From an uncultured Chloroflexia bacterium (GTDB lineage: Bacteria > Chloroflexota > Limnocylindria > Limnocylindrales > CSP1-4), in contig CAVVNQ010000006.1 of assembly GCA_963749705.1 (NCBI GenBank), positions 1-64,000 on the forward strand: a stretch of DNA of 64,000 nucleotides, in the 5' to 3' direction. The notes under the pieces were generated by a model. It made no database searches. It was not told the DNA's origin and was given only the letters and a program-made list of their open reading frames with translations. Made by a program: the position numbers and the translations under genes. Positions 10,338-20,469 of this stretch are shown here, piece after piece. The first letter of the stretch is position 1. Every line of letters starts with the position of its first letter.

Positions 10338-11303
10338 TCAGGCCTGGGAGGTCGCTTCGGCGAGGTACTGGCGGGTCGCGGCACCGCGGACCTGGCGGAT
10401 GTCCTCTTCGTACTTGAGGACCACGCCGAGCGTCTCGTCGACCATGTCCGGCTCGAGCTCCGTCGCCCCCAGCGACAGCAGCGCCGATGCCCAGTCCAGC
10501 GTCTCGGCCACGCCCGGCACCTTGGTCAGGTCGGCGGCGCGCAGCCGGTGGACGAACGCGACGACCTCGCGCGCGAGCCGGGCGGGGGCGTCGGGGACGC
10601 GCGCGGCCACGATCTCGAACTCCTTCGACGCCGTCGGGTAGTCGATCCAGTGGTACAGGCAGCGGCGCTTGAGCGCGTCATGGACCTCGCGCGTGCGGTT
10701 GGAGGTGAGCACGACCCGCGGCGCCTGGGCCGCACGGATGGTGCCGATCTCGGGGACGGTGACCTGGAAGTCGGACAGGATCTCGAGCAGGTACGCCTCG
10801 AACTCCTCGTCGGCGCGATCGATCTCGTCGATCAGGAGCACCGGCGCGTTGCCGTCGGCCGCCTCGAGCGCCTGGAGCAGCGGGCGCTTGAGCAGGAACT
10901 CGGGGCCGAAGATGTCGTGGGCCGATGCCTTGTCGATCTCGCCGCGCGCCTCGAGCAACCGGATCTCGAGCATCTGGCGCGGATAGTTCCACTCGTAGAC
11001 CGCGGTGTTGACGTCGAGGCCCTCGTAGCACTGGAGCCGGATCAGCCGCGTGTCGAGGCTGGCCGCCAGCACCTTCGCCAGCTCGGTCTTGCCAACGCCG
11101 GCCTCGCCTTCGAGCAGCAGCGGCCGGCCGAGCTCCAGGGCCAGGTATGCGGTCGTGGCCAGCGAGCGCTCGGCGATGTAGCCGTGGCCGCGGAACGCCT
11201 CCTGGAGGCCCTCGATGGTGCGGGTTGCCTCGGGGCGCAGCGCGCGGTTCTCGGTGCGGTCGGCGGCGGTGGCCGGTGCGATGTGTGGCTGGTCAGGTCC
11301 CAT
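10338..11303 (-). CDS. coxD: CoxD-like MoxR AAA+ ATPase
   Basis: Walker A GEAGVGKT, LQCYEGLD, Walker B LLIDEIDRAD and SNRTREVHDALKRRC. Confidence 0.9.
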   Translation of the reverse strand: MGPDQPHIAPATAADRTENRALRPEATRTIEGLQEAFRGHGYIAERSLATTAYLALELGRPLLLEGEAGVGKTELAKVLAASLDTRLIRLQCYEGLDVNTAVYEWNYPRQMLEIRLLEARGEIDKASAHDIFGPEFLLKRPLLQALEAADGNAPVLLIDEIDRADEEFEAYLLEILSDFQVTVPEIGTIRAAQAPRVVLTSNRTREVHDALKRRCLYHWIDYPTASKEFEIVAARVPDAPARLAREVVAFVHRLRAADLTKVPGVAETLDWASALLSLGATELEPDMVDETLGVVLKYEEDIRQVRGAATRQYLAEATSQA

Positions 11304-11418
11304 GGCTCGCGATGCTACACCGGAGGGCCGCTGAGCCGGCGTCGGGGCGCGGCGGGCGCTGGTACCGGGCTCGCCCGCGCGTGCACGGCGCCGCGGCGCG
11401 CCCGCCCGCCCGCCCGCG

Positions 11419-11531
11419 TGACTCACGGGGCGCGTCAAGAGCGGGGCCAAAGCTGCGTGTCGGCGTTCCGAACGAGCTTCGCGGCGGCGAGGCGCCAGCC
11501 GGGTGGTCGAATTGACTCGCGGCGTGAGTCA
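11419..11531 (+). repeat. Family-1 palindromic element, solo copy B
   Basis: TGACTCACgggGCGCGTCA (11419) and TGACTCGCggcGTGAGTCA (11513) are 94 bp apart. A 25-bp tandem duplication follows (11532-11586). Confidence 0.8.
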
Positions 11532-11603
11532 GCGGCAGGTGGCGGGCAAGAAGCCGGCGGCAGGTGGCGGGCAAGAAGCCGGCGGCCGGGCCGGCGGCCG
11601 CGC

Positions 11604-12664
11604 TCAGCCGTCGGGTGCGTCGAGGTCCTGCGCATACGCGGGGAACCGGAACCGCTGGCTCCGGGTGAGGATCCCGCCGTGCCCCAGCCGGGCCACGGTC
11701 GCGGCCGTCGCGGGCTCACCGGCCACGAGGCGTGGGAGGAGCAGGTCCGCCGCCGTCGCCTTGGAGAACGCACCACAGCTGGGCAGCCCGACGATGGCCA
11801 CGCGCCCGACGCGCCCCAGCCAGACCATCGAGCCCGGGTGCGCTGGCACCCCATGACGGACGATCCGCCCGCCGAGCCCGATGCACCGCGAGATAGAACG
11901 GGATCGGCCGGGTCGGTGCTCGCGCCGCCCGCGGTCAGCACGATCCGCGCCCCGTGGCCGCCCTGCCGGGCGCCCCGGATGGCCGCCGCAAGCGCGTCGG
12001 TGACCGCGTCGACATCGTCGGGGAGGTACGTGATCGGGGTCAGCGTCGCGCCCAGGCCCGCAGCCTTGGCACGCACGGAGGCCTCGAACCGCTCCCGCGC
12101 CGCGCCGCTGACGTGCTCCTTGACCAGGACCGCGATCCGGACCGGGCGAAACGGCCGCACCCGGACGAGCGGTCCGCCGCGCCGCGCGATCGCCTCCCCC
12201 GCCGCGAGGACCGCCTCCGAAACCAGGTGCGGGCCGACCTTGACGCTCGCGACCAGCGCGCCGGGCGCGACGACCTGCCCGTCGAACACCGTGAACACCT
12301 CGAGCGGATCGAGCCGGTTCATGCGTTCCAGCGCGGCGATGCGCACGGCAACGACCCCCGCGGCAGCGGCGACCAGGTCCACCCGCGACTGGGCAGGACC
12401 TCGCAGCGTCACCCCCGGATCGCCGCCCGCGACGGCCGCGGCCAGCCGGAGCCCCGCATCGTCCTCGTGGACATCGCCCGGATCCGGGCACAGCACGGTC
12501 ACCGCCGGCCCGGCCGGCGCGCCGGCGACCGCGACGAGATCGGCCTCGCTCAGCCGCCGGCCCTTCGACCAGCGGACGCCCCCGATCGCGAGGTCGCGCG
12601 TGAGCACGGCGCCCGCGAGGCCGGCGGGCGGGCGGCGGCCAGGGACGATCCGCTCGAGCCGCAC
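11604..12664 (-). CDS. Molybdopterin-binding (MoeA/MogA-like domain) protein, frameshifted ~11880-11900
   Basis: DVHEDDAGLRLA..GASTDPAD, then in another frame RHGVPAHPGSMVWLG..VGLPSCGAFSKATAADLLLPRL..LGHGGIL. Confidence 0.7.
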
Positions 12665-12688
12665 CCGCTGTGTCCGGAGCCCGGTCGC

Positions 12689-13549
12689 TCAGCCCAGCCG
12701 CGCGAGCGCGGCCTCGATCGCCCGCCGCGTGTACACGACCGCCATCGCCGCCCGGTACTCGGCGTTGGCGTGGATGTCGGAGCTCACGGTCCGTCCGCCG
12801 ACGACCTTCGCCGCGGCAGCGGCCACCGCATCGGCCGAGCCATCGGTCCCGACCAGCGCGTCCTCGACCTCGGTCGCCCGGTAGGGGTGATCGGACACGC
12901 CGGTCACGCCGATCCCGGCATGCTCGATGACGTTGCCCGCGCCCATGATCACGACCGCGCCGACGCCGACCATCGCGTAGCCCGACGCCCGCTGCTCGAG
13001 CGATGCATAGGCCGAGCCGGCATTGTCCAGCGGCCGGGGCAGGCGAACCTGCGTGAGCAGCTCGTCGTGGCGCAGGCTGGTCATGAACGCGCCCTCGCAG
13101 AAGTCGGCCGCCTTGACCTCCCGGGTGCCGGTGCTCGACTGGAGCACGAGCTCCGCATCGAGCGCGATCAGCACGGCCGGCAGGTCGCTGGCCGGATCTG
13201 CGTGGGCGAGCGCACCGCCGACGGTCCCCCGGTTGCGCACCTGGACGTCGCCGATGGTCGGCAGGGCGTCGCGGAGCACCCCGTAGTGGATCGCCGGTGA
13301 GTCCATCAGCTCTGCGTACGTGGTCAGCGCGCCGACGGCCAGCCGGCCGTCATCGAGCCGCTCCACGCCCCGCAGCTCGTGGAGCTGTCCGATGTCCACG
13401 AGCGTGTCCGGTGCGGCGAGTCGCAGCTTCATCAGCGGCAGCAGGCTCTGGCCACCGGCGATGACCTTGGCACCCGCATTGGAGCCGAGGGTCCGGAGCG
13501 CCTCGTCGACGCTGCCGGCGCGGGTGTACCCGAACACCGCCGGGATCAT
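12689..13549 (-). CDS. Mo-hydroxylase FAD subunit (CoxM/CutB-like), complete copy
   Basis: AGGQSLLPLMKLRLAAP..QVRNRGTVGGALAHADPASD. Confidence 0.9.
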   Translation of the reverse strand: MIPAVFGYTRAGSVDEALRTLGSNAGAKVIAGGQSLLPLMKLRLAAPDTLVDIGQLHELRGVERLDDGRLAVGALTTYAELMDSPAIHYGVLRDALPTIGDVQVRNRGTVGGALAHADPASDLPAVLIALDAELVLQSSTGTREVKAADFCEGAFMTSLRHDELLTQVRLPRPLDNAGSAYASLEQRASGYAMVGVGAVVIMGAGNVIEHAGIGVTGVSDHPYRATEVEDALVGTDGSADAVAAAAAKVVGGRTVSSDIHANAEYRAAMAVVYTRRAIEAALARLG

Positions 13550-15577
13550 GCCTGGCCTCCCTTCGTGGAGCTGCCACTGGACGCCGCCTGGATCGCGCCC
13601 CAGACCTTCTGTGCGGTGTAGGGCATGTCGAGGTGGCGGATGCCCAGCGGGCTGAGCGCGTCGATCACCGCATTCGATACGGCGGCGGTGGATGCGATCG
13701 TGCCGGCCTCGCCGACGCCCTTGACCCCCAGCGGGTTGACCGGCGATGGGGTCACCGTCTCATCGAGCTCGAAGGCCGGCAGCCACGACGCGCGGGGCAG
13801 CGCGTAGTCGAGCATCGAGCCCGTGAGCAGCTGGCCTTCATCGCTGTAGACCGCGCCTTCCCACAGCGCCTGGCCCACGCCCTGGGCGATGCCGCCGTGG
13901 AGCTGGCCATCGACGATCATGGGGTTGATCTTCTTGCCCACATCGTCCACGGCGACGTAGCGGACCAGGTCCACCACCCCCGTCTCCTCATCGATCTCGA
14001 CGAAGCGCGACATGGGTCCCGAACGGGAACGTGCAGTTCGGCGTGTCGTGGTAGGCCGTCTCGTCGAGATACGGCTCCATGTCGGCCGGCGCATCGAACG
14101 CGAGGTCGAGCGCGAACGCGATCTCCTGGATGGTCTTGACCTTGTCCGGCGAGCCCTTGACGCGGTAGCTGGCGCCGTCGATCTCGATGTCCTCGGGGTT
14201 CGCCTCCAGCATGTGGGCGGCGTACCGGCGGGCCTTCTCGCGGATCTTGGCGGCCGCCTTGATCGCGGCGCCGGTGCCTACGTTGGACGTGCGGCTGCCG
14301 TACGAGCCGTAGCCGAACGGGGTGCCCTGGGTGTCCGAGTGCTGGACGACGATGTCCTCCATCGGGATGCCCAGCTCGTGGCTGATGATCTGGGCGTAGG
14401 TCGTCTCATGACCCTGGCCCTGCGGCTGGGTGCCGACGGTGACGACGGTCTTGCCCGTCAGGTGGATGCGGATGTTGGCCGACTCCCACATCGCGGCGCC
14501 CCAGCCCTCGCCCACGGCACCGATCCACTTGCTGGGCGCGACGCCGCACACCTCGATGTAGGTGCTGAGGCCGACGCCCAGGAGCTTGCCGCGCTGCTTC
14601 GCCTCGGCCTTCTTCGCCGCCATGTCGGCATAGCCGGCCATCGCGAGCGCCTTGTCCATCGCCGGCTCGTAGTTGCCCGAGTCGATGAACAGCTTGCTGC
14701 CGTTGACCGCGGTCAGCAGCCCCGACGGGTTGTCGTACGGGAAGCTGTCGGGTGCGCAGGAAGTTGCGGCGGCGGAGCTCGGCGGGGTCCATGCCCAGCT
14801 CGTCGGCGAGCAGGTCCATCGAGCGCTCGACGACGTAGGTCGCCTCGGGCCGGCCGGCACCGCGGTAGGCGTCGACGAACGTGGTGTTGGTGTAGACGCC
14901 GGTGACCTCGCAGTGGACGTTGGGGATCTTGTACGGCCCGGAAAGGATCCGGCCGTAGAGGGTGGTGGGGATGCCCGGCCCGATGGTCGACAGGCGGCCG
15001 CCGAGGTTGGCGAACGTCTTGACCCGCAGGCCCTTGACCTCGCCCGCCTTGGTCGCCGCGATCTCGACATAGGTGATGTGATCGCGACCGTGGATCGTGC
15101 TGTGGTAGCTCTCGCGGCGCGTCTCGACCCATTTGACCGGCCGCCCGCCGATCAGCTTGCTCGCGAACATGACCAGCGCCATGTCCGCGTAGCAGAAGAT
15201 CTTGGTGCCGAAGGCGCCGCCGACGTCCGGGCTGATGCACCGGATCTTGTGCTCCGGGATGCCGGTCACGAACGCGGCCAGCAGCAGCCGCTGGATGTGC
15301 GGCGTCTGGCTGGACATCCAGACCGTGTACTCGTCGGTGCCCGCGTTGTACCAGCCGATGTCGCCCCGGACCTCCATCGGGTTGGGGATGAGCCGCTGGT
15401 TGACGAGCCGTTGGCGGACGGTGACCTCGGCATCGGCGAAGGCGGCATCCGTACCCGCCTTGTCGCCCACGTTCCACTCGAACACGACGTTGTTGGGCGC
15501 GTTCTCGTGGAGCTGCGGCGCGCCGGGCTGGGTCGCCTTCTCGGCATCGACCACGGCCGGCAGCGGCTCCCAGTCGA
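13546..15577 (-). pseudogene. 5'-truncated duplicate of the form II-type large subunit (extra frameshifts ~14756, ~14005)
   Basis: It starts at DWEPLPAVVD, lacks ~130 N-terminal residues and otherwise nearly matches 16145..18565. Confidence 0.8.
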
Positions 15578-16148
15578 GCCCGACGCGGGCTGCTCGAGCG
15601 AGGCGTACGCGGAGCCGGCGTTGTCGAGCGGCCGGGGCAGGCGGACCTGCGTCAGCAGCTCGTCGTGGCGGAGGCTGGTCACGAACGCACCCTCGCAGAA
15701 GTCGGCCGCCCGGACCTCCCGGGTGCCGCTGCTCGACTGGAGCACGAGCTCCGCATCGAGCGCGATCAGTGCCGCCGGCAGGTCGCTGGCGGGATCGGCG
15801 TGGGCGAGCGCAGCCGCCGACGGTCCCCCGGTTGCGCACCTGGACATCGCCGATGGTCGGCAGCGCGTCGCGGAGCACGCCGTAGTGGATCGCCGGTGAG
15901 TCCATCAGCTCCGCGTACGTGGTCAGCGCCCCGACGGCCAGCCGGCCGTCCTCGAGCTTCTCCACGCCCCGCAGCTCCCCGAGCTGCCCGATGTCCACGA
16001 GCGTATCCGGCGCGGCGAGCCGCAGCTTCATCAGCGGGAGCAGGCTCTGGCCACCGGCGATGACCTTGGCACCCGCGTTCGAGCCGAGGGTCCGGAGCGC
16101 CTCGTCGACGCTGCCGGCGCGGGTGTACCCGAACACCGCCGGGATCAT
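15578..16148 (-). pseudogene. 3'-truncated duplicate of the FAD subunit
   Basis: Same N-terminus as 12689..13549. It ends at the duplication junction after SLEQPASG and has a frameshift at ~15815. Confidence 0.8.
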
Positions 16149-18565
16149 GCCTGGCCTCCCTTCGTGGAGCTGCCACTGGACGCCGCCTGGATCGCGCCCC
16201 AGACCTTCTGTGCGGTGTAGGGCATGTCGAGGTGGCGGATGCCCAGCGGGCTGAGCGCGTCGATCACCGCATTCGATACGGCGGCGGTGGATGCGATCGT
16301 GCCGGCCTCGCCGACGCCCTTGACCCCCAGCGGGTTGACCGGCGATGGGGTCACCGTCTCATCGAGCTCGAAGGCCGGCAGCCACGACGCGCGGGGCAGC
16401 GCGTAGTCGAGCATCGAGCCCGTGAGCAGCTGGCCTTCATCGCTGTAGACCGCGCCTTCCCACAGCGCCTGGCCCACGCCCTGGGCGATGCCGCCGTGGA
16501 GCTGGCCATCGACGATCATGGGGTTGATCTTCTTGCCCACATCGTCCACGGCAACGTAGCGGACCAGGTCCACCACCCCCGTCTCCTCGTCGATCTCGAC
16601 GAGCGCGATATGGGTCCCGAACGGGAACGTGCAGTTGGGCGTGTCGTGGTAGGCCGTCTCGTCGAGATACGGCTCCATGTCGGCCGGCGCATCGAACGCG
16701 AGGTCGAGCGCGAACGCGATCTCCTGGATGGTCTTGACCTTGTCCGGCGAGCCCTTGACGCGGTAGCTGGCGCCGTCGATCTCGATGTCCTCGGGGTTCG
16801 CCTCCAGCATGTGGGCGGCATACCGGCGGGCCTTCTCGCGGATCTTGGCGGCCGCCTTGATCGCGGCGCCCGTGCCTACGTTGGACGTGCGGCTGCCGTA
16901 CGAGCCGTAGCCGAACGGGGTGCCCTGGGTGTCCGAGTGCTGGACGACGATGTCCTCCATCGGGATGCCCAGCTCGTGGCTGATGATCTGCGCGTAGGTC
17001 GTCTCATGACCCTGGCCCTGCGGCTGGGTGCCGACGGTGACGACCGTCTTGCCCGTCAGGTGCATGCGGATGTTGGCCGACTCCCACATCGCGGCGCCCC
17101 AGCCCTCGCCCACGGCACCGATCCACTTGCTGGGCGCGACGCCGCACACCTCGATGTAGGTGCTGAGGCCGACGCCCAGAAGCTTGCCGCGCTGCTTCGC
17201 CTCGGCCTTCTTCGCCGCCATGTCCGCATAGCCGGCCATCGCGAGCGCCTTGTCCATCGCCGGCTCGTAGTTGCCCGAGTCGATGAACAGCTTGCTGCCG
17301 TTGACCGCGGTCAGCAGCCCCGACGGGTTGTCGTACGGGAAGCTGTCGGGTGCGAGGAAGTTGCGGCGGCGGAGCTCGGCGGGGTCCATGCCCAGCTCGT
17401 CCGCGAGCAGGTCCATCGAGCGCTCGACGACATAGGTCGCCTCGGGCCGGCCGGCACCGCGGTAGGCGTCGACGAACGTGGTGTTGGTGTAGACGCCGGT
17501 GACCTCGCAGTGGACGTTGGGGATCTTGTACGGCCCGGAAAGGATCCGGCCGTAGAGGGTGGTGGGGATGCCCGGCCCGATGGTCGACAGGCGGCCGCCG
17601 AGGTTGGCGAACGTCTTGACCCGCAGGCCCTTGACCTCGCCCGCCTTCGTCGCCGCGATCTCGACGTAGGTGATGTGATCGCGACCGTGGATCGTGCTGT
17701 GGTAGCTCTCGCGCCGCGTCTCGACCCATTTGACCGGCCGCCCGCCGATCAGCTTGCTCGCGAACATGACCAGCGCCATGTCCGCGTAGCAGAAGATCTT
17801 GGTGCCGAAGGCGCCGCCGACGTCCGGGCTGATGCACCGGATCTTGTGCTCCGGGATCCCGGTCACGAACGCGGCCAGCAGCAGCCGCTGGATGTGCGGC
17901 GTCTGGCTGGACATCCAGACCGTGTACTCGTCGGTGCCCGGGTTGTACCAGCCGATGTCGCCCCGGACCTCCATCGGGTTGGGGATGAGCCGCTGGTTGA
18001 CGAGCCGTTGGCGGACGGTGACCTCGGCATCGACGAATGCCGCATCCGTACCCGCCTTGTCGCCCACGTTCCACTCGAACACGACGTTGTTGGGCGCGTT
18101 CTCGTGGAGCTGCGGCGCGCCGGGCTGGGTCGCCTTCTCGGCATCGACCACGGCCGGCAGCGGCTCCCAGTCGACGTTGATCAGCTCCAGCGCGTCGACC
18201 GCCTGGGCCGATGTCTCGGCGACGACGGCGGCCACGCCCTCGCCGGTCCACTTGACATCGTCGGTGGCCAGGGCGCGTGGCGTGCTCACGTTGTTGGTGA
18301 TCCCGCTGGCGCCGCCGGCCGGCCAGGCCATGGGCAGCGGGTTGTACGGGATGTCCGCGCCCACGATGACCGCGACCACGCCGGGTGCGGCCTTGGCCGC
18401 CGTCGTGTCGATCGAGCGGATGTTCGCGTTGGCGTAGGGGCTGCGAAGGATGGCCATGTGGACCATGCCCGGCAGCTTGATGTCGTCGAGGTAGCGGCCC
18501 TTGCCGGTGATGAACTTCGGGTCCTCGACCCGCTTGACCCGGGTGCCCAGGACGTCGGTGGTCAC
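16145..18565 (-). CDS. Xanthine-oxidase-family Mo subunit, form II CoxL-like (AYRGAGR)
   Basis: 806 aa with DVGGAFGTK, DAYRGAGRPEA, QGQGHETT and GVKGVGEAG. Confidence 0.9.
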   Translation of the reverse strand: MTTDVLGTRVKRVEDPKFITGKGRYLDDIKLPGMVHMAILRSPYANANIRSIDTTAAKAAPGVVAVIVGADIPYNPLPMAWPAGGASGITNNVSTPRALATDDVKWTGEGVAAVVAETSAQAVDALELINVDWEPLPAVVDAEKATQPGAPQLHENAPNNVVFEWNVGDKAGTDAAFVDAEVTVRQRLVNQRLIPNPMEVRGDIGWYNPGTDEYTVWMSSQTPHIQRLLLAAFVTGIPEHKIRCISPDVGGAFGTKIFCYADMALVMFASKLIGGRPVKWVETRRESYHSTIHGRDHITYVEIAATKAGEVKGLRVKTFANLGGRLSTIGPGIPTTLYGRILSGPYKIPNVHCEVTGVYTNTTFVDAYRGAGRPEATYVVERSMDLLADELGMDPAELRRRNFLAPDSFPYDNPSGLLTAVNGSKLFIDSGNYEPAMDKALAMAGYADMAAKKAEAKQRGKLLGVGLSTYIEVCGVAPSKWIGAVGEGWGAAMWESANIRMHLTGKTVVTVGTQPQGQGHETTYAQIISHELGIPMEDIVVQHSDTQGTPFGYGSYGSRTSNVGTGAAIKAAAKIREKARRYAAHMLEANPEDIEIDGASYRVKGSPDKVKTIQEIAFALDLAFDAPADMEPYLDETAYHDTPNCTFPFGTHIALVEIDEETGVVDLVRYVAVDDVGKKINPMIVDGQLHGGIAQGVGQALWEGAVYSDEGQLLTGSMLDYALPRASWLPAFELDETVTPSPVNPLGVKGVGEAGTIASTAAVSNAVIDALSPLGIRHLDMPYTAQKVWGAIQAASSGSSTKGGQA

Positions 18566-18575
18566 GTCGTCCTCC

Positions 18576-19067
18576 TCAGGCCGTCACGGCCGCGCCGTCA
18601 CGCATCACGCGCGCGGCCTCGCGGATGGCGACCACGATGTTGTGGTAGCCGGTGCAGCGGCAGATGTTGCCGGCGATGGCGCTGCGGATCTCGTCATCGG
18701 TGGGATCCGTGTCCCTGGCGATCAGGTCCGCCGCGGCCATGATCATGCCCGGCGTGCAGAAGCCGCACTGGAGCCCGTGCTTCTCCCAGAACGCGTTCTG
18801 GATCGGGTGCAGGGTGGCGCCGTCGGCGAGGCCCTCGATGGTGGTGACGCTCGCGCCGTCGGCCTGGACCGCGAGCATCGTGCAGCTCTTCACGGCGTGG
18901 CCGTCCACGTGCACCGTGCACGCCCCGCACTGGCTGGTGTCGCAGCCGACATGGGTGCCGGTGAGGTTGAAGTCCTCCCTCAGCAGCTCGACCAGGAGCC
19001 GTCTTGGCTCGACGTCGACCTCCCTGTGCTCGCCGTTGACATCGAGGGCAACGTGCAGATCGGTCAC
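18576..19067 (-). CDS. (2Fe-2S) subunit of the form II-type enzyme (CoxS-like)
   Basis: [19 protein letters not shown] and [11 protein letters not shown] start follows a GAAGGAGG RBS. Confidence 0.9.
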   Translation of the reverse strand: MTDLHVALDVNGEHREVDVEPRRLLVELLREDFNLTGTHVGCDTSQCGACTVHVDGHAVKSCTMLAVQADGASVTTIEGLADGATLHPIQNAFWEKHGLQCGFCTPGMIMAAADLIARDTDPTDDEIRSAIAGNICRCTGYHNIVVAIREAARVMRDGAAVTA

Positions 19068-19259
19068 CGGGACGACCTCCTTCCCCGTTCGAGGGGGTGG
19101 CGACGCTGGGAGTGGCACGGGTCGGCTTGTGGCCGGTTGACCCGGCGCGGCGCGAGCCCCGATGGTGGCACCGTCGTCGCGTGGACGCAACCGGGTATCG
19201 CGCGGGGTGCGGCTGGTGCTCTCCGCACGGTGGAGGCTGACCCGGCGGCTGTCAGCGCT

Positions 19260-19373
19260 TGACTCACCGGGCGCGTCAACGACGCCCACCAACCGGTGCG
19301 ACGAGGCGACTTTGGCCCCTGTGTGGCGTCGGCGCCGCAGCCGGAGGCTCGATCTGACTCGCCCGCTGAGTCG
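19260..19373 (+). repeat. Family-1 palindromic element, copy C (upstream of HTH-nuclease gene 1)
   Basis: TGACTCACcggGCGCGTCA (19260) .. GCCGCAGCCG-N6-CGATC TGACTCGCccgCTGAGTCG (19355). Spacing is 95 bp. Confidence 0.8.
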
Positions 19374-19459
19374 CGGACCGCGTGGAGTAGACGACCGCCC
19401 GTGCAAGTACCCGGCTGCTCGGCAAGTCCGGGGTGAGTGACCTCAGGTAGAACAGGTGC

Positions 19460-20462
19460 ATGGCTCCCGAGGCGCGCATCAGAATCGAAGCCGCCGGCAT
19501 GTCCACCGCGGTCGCGACGCTGGTCCGGGACGCTCGTTCAACGATCGGCTGGTCTCAGCGCGAGCTGGCCCACCGCGTCGGTACGTCCCAGACGAAGATC
19601 TGGCGGATCGAGCGCGCGGATCCGGGCGCGCTGGACGTCGCGACCCTCGACCGCGTGCTGTCGGCGTTGGGCCTGCGGTCGATGCTCGAGGTCGAGGGCC
19701 ACCACCTGGCGGATCGTCGCGAACAGCGCGATCGAGTGCACGCGCGCCTGATGGCGGGCAATGGCAGGCCGGCTGGAGCGCTGCGGGTGGGTCGCGGCCA
19801 CCGAGGTCCCGATCGGCAGTCGCGAACCACGCGGCTGGATCGACCTCGTGGCGTTCCGCGTCCGGGATGCGGCCATGGCGACATTCGAGCTCAAGTCGGA
19901 CCTGCCGGACATCGGCGGCCTCCTGCGCCAGGTTGACTGGTATGAACGAGCGGCACCGTGGGTCGCCCGACGATTGGGCTGGCGAGCCGAGCACTTCGCG
20001 ATCGCCGTCATCTGCTTGGACACGCAGGCCGTGGCGAGCCGGCTGGACGAGCACCGATGGCTGCTTCGGCCTGCCTTCCCGGGCAGGGCAGGCGTGCTCG
20101 CCACGTGGTTGGGGGATTCGACATCGCCCGTTCCCGAGGGCAGGGTGATGGCCGTCACAGATCTGGCGGCGCGGCGTGGTCTCGCGCTGCGGTCATCGCG
20201 TCTCGAGGGGCAGCGCGCGCGGCCGGCATACCTGGACTATGCGGATGCAGCCAGGTTCGTCGCGCATCATATGCAGCGGGCCAGGGCAACCGGGATGGCT
20301 CGATCAGTCCACCCCGGTACGGACCCCGTCGCTGATGTCGTGACTCGCGGCGCGCGTCATCCGAGCCTCCCGGCACGCGACTGGCGCCGATTTCGGTCCT
20401 TCGGGGCGTCGGCGCCCCAGCCGACATCTCGATCTGACTCGCTGCGTGAGTCGGGCGGCTGA
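19460..20462 (+). CDS. XRE-type HTH + PD-(D/E)xK-like nuclease-domain protein (frameshift ~19757; start 19460 or 19499)
   Basis: HTH segment VRDARSTIGWSQRELAHRVGTSQTKIWRIE, then TEVPI..GWIDLVAF..FELKS. It is a paralog of 62068..62838. Confidence 0.7.
20341..20453 (+). repeat. Family-1 palindromic element, copy D (overlaps 3' tail of HTH-nuclease gene 1)
   Basis: TGACTCGCggcGCGCGTCA (20341) and TGACTCGCtgcGTGAGTCG (20435) are 94 bp apart. Confidence 0.8.
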
Positions 20463-20469
20463 GGGCGAG

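Larger units (their letters stand above)
12980..18174. repeat. ~2.6-kb direct tandem duplication (12980-15577 and 15578-18174)
   Basis: Near-identical sequence at offset ~2598, with the junction at 15577 (cagtcga|gcccgacgc). Scattered substitutions, mostly at third codon positions, distinguish the copies. Confidence 0.9.

Noticed and set aside
14406-16148. 580-aa apparent CoxM-CoxL fusion ORF
   Set aside because: It is produced by the duplication junction plus a frameshift at ~15815. The linking segment is out-of-frame coxM sequence.
16145-18565. Calling the second large subunit a true CO dehydrogenase
   Set aside because: The AYRGAGR motif lacks the Cu-binding Cys and the gene order is SLM, so the substrate cannot be inferred.
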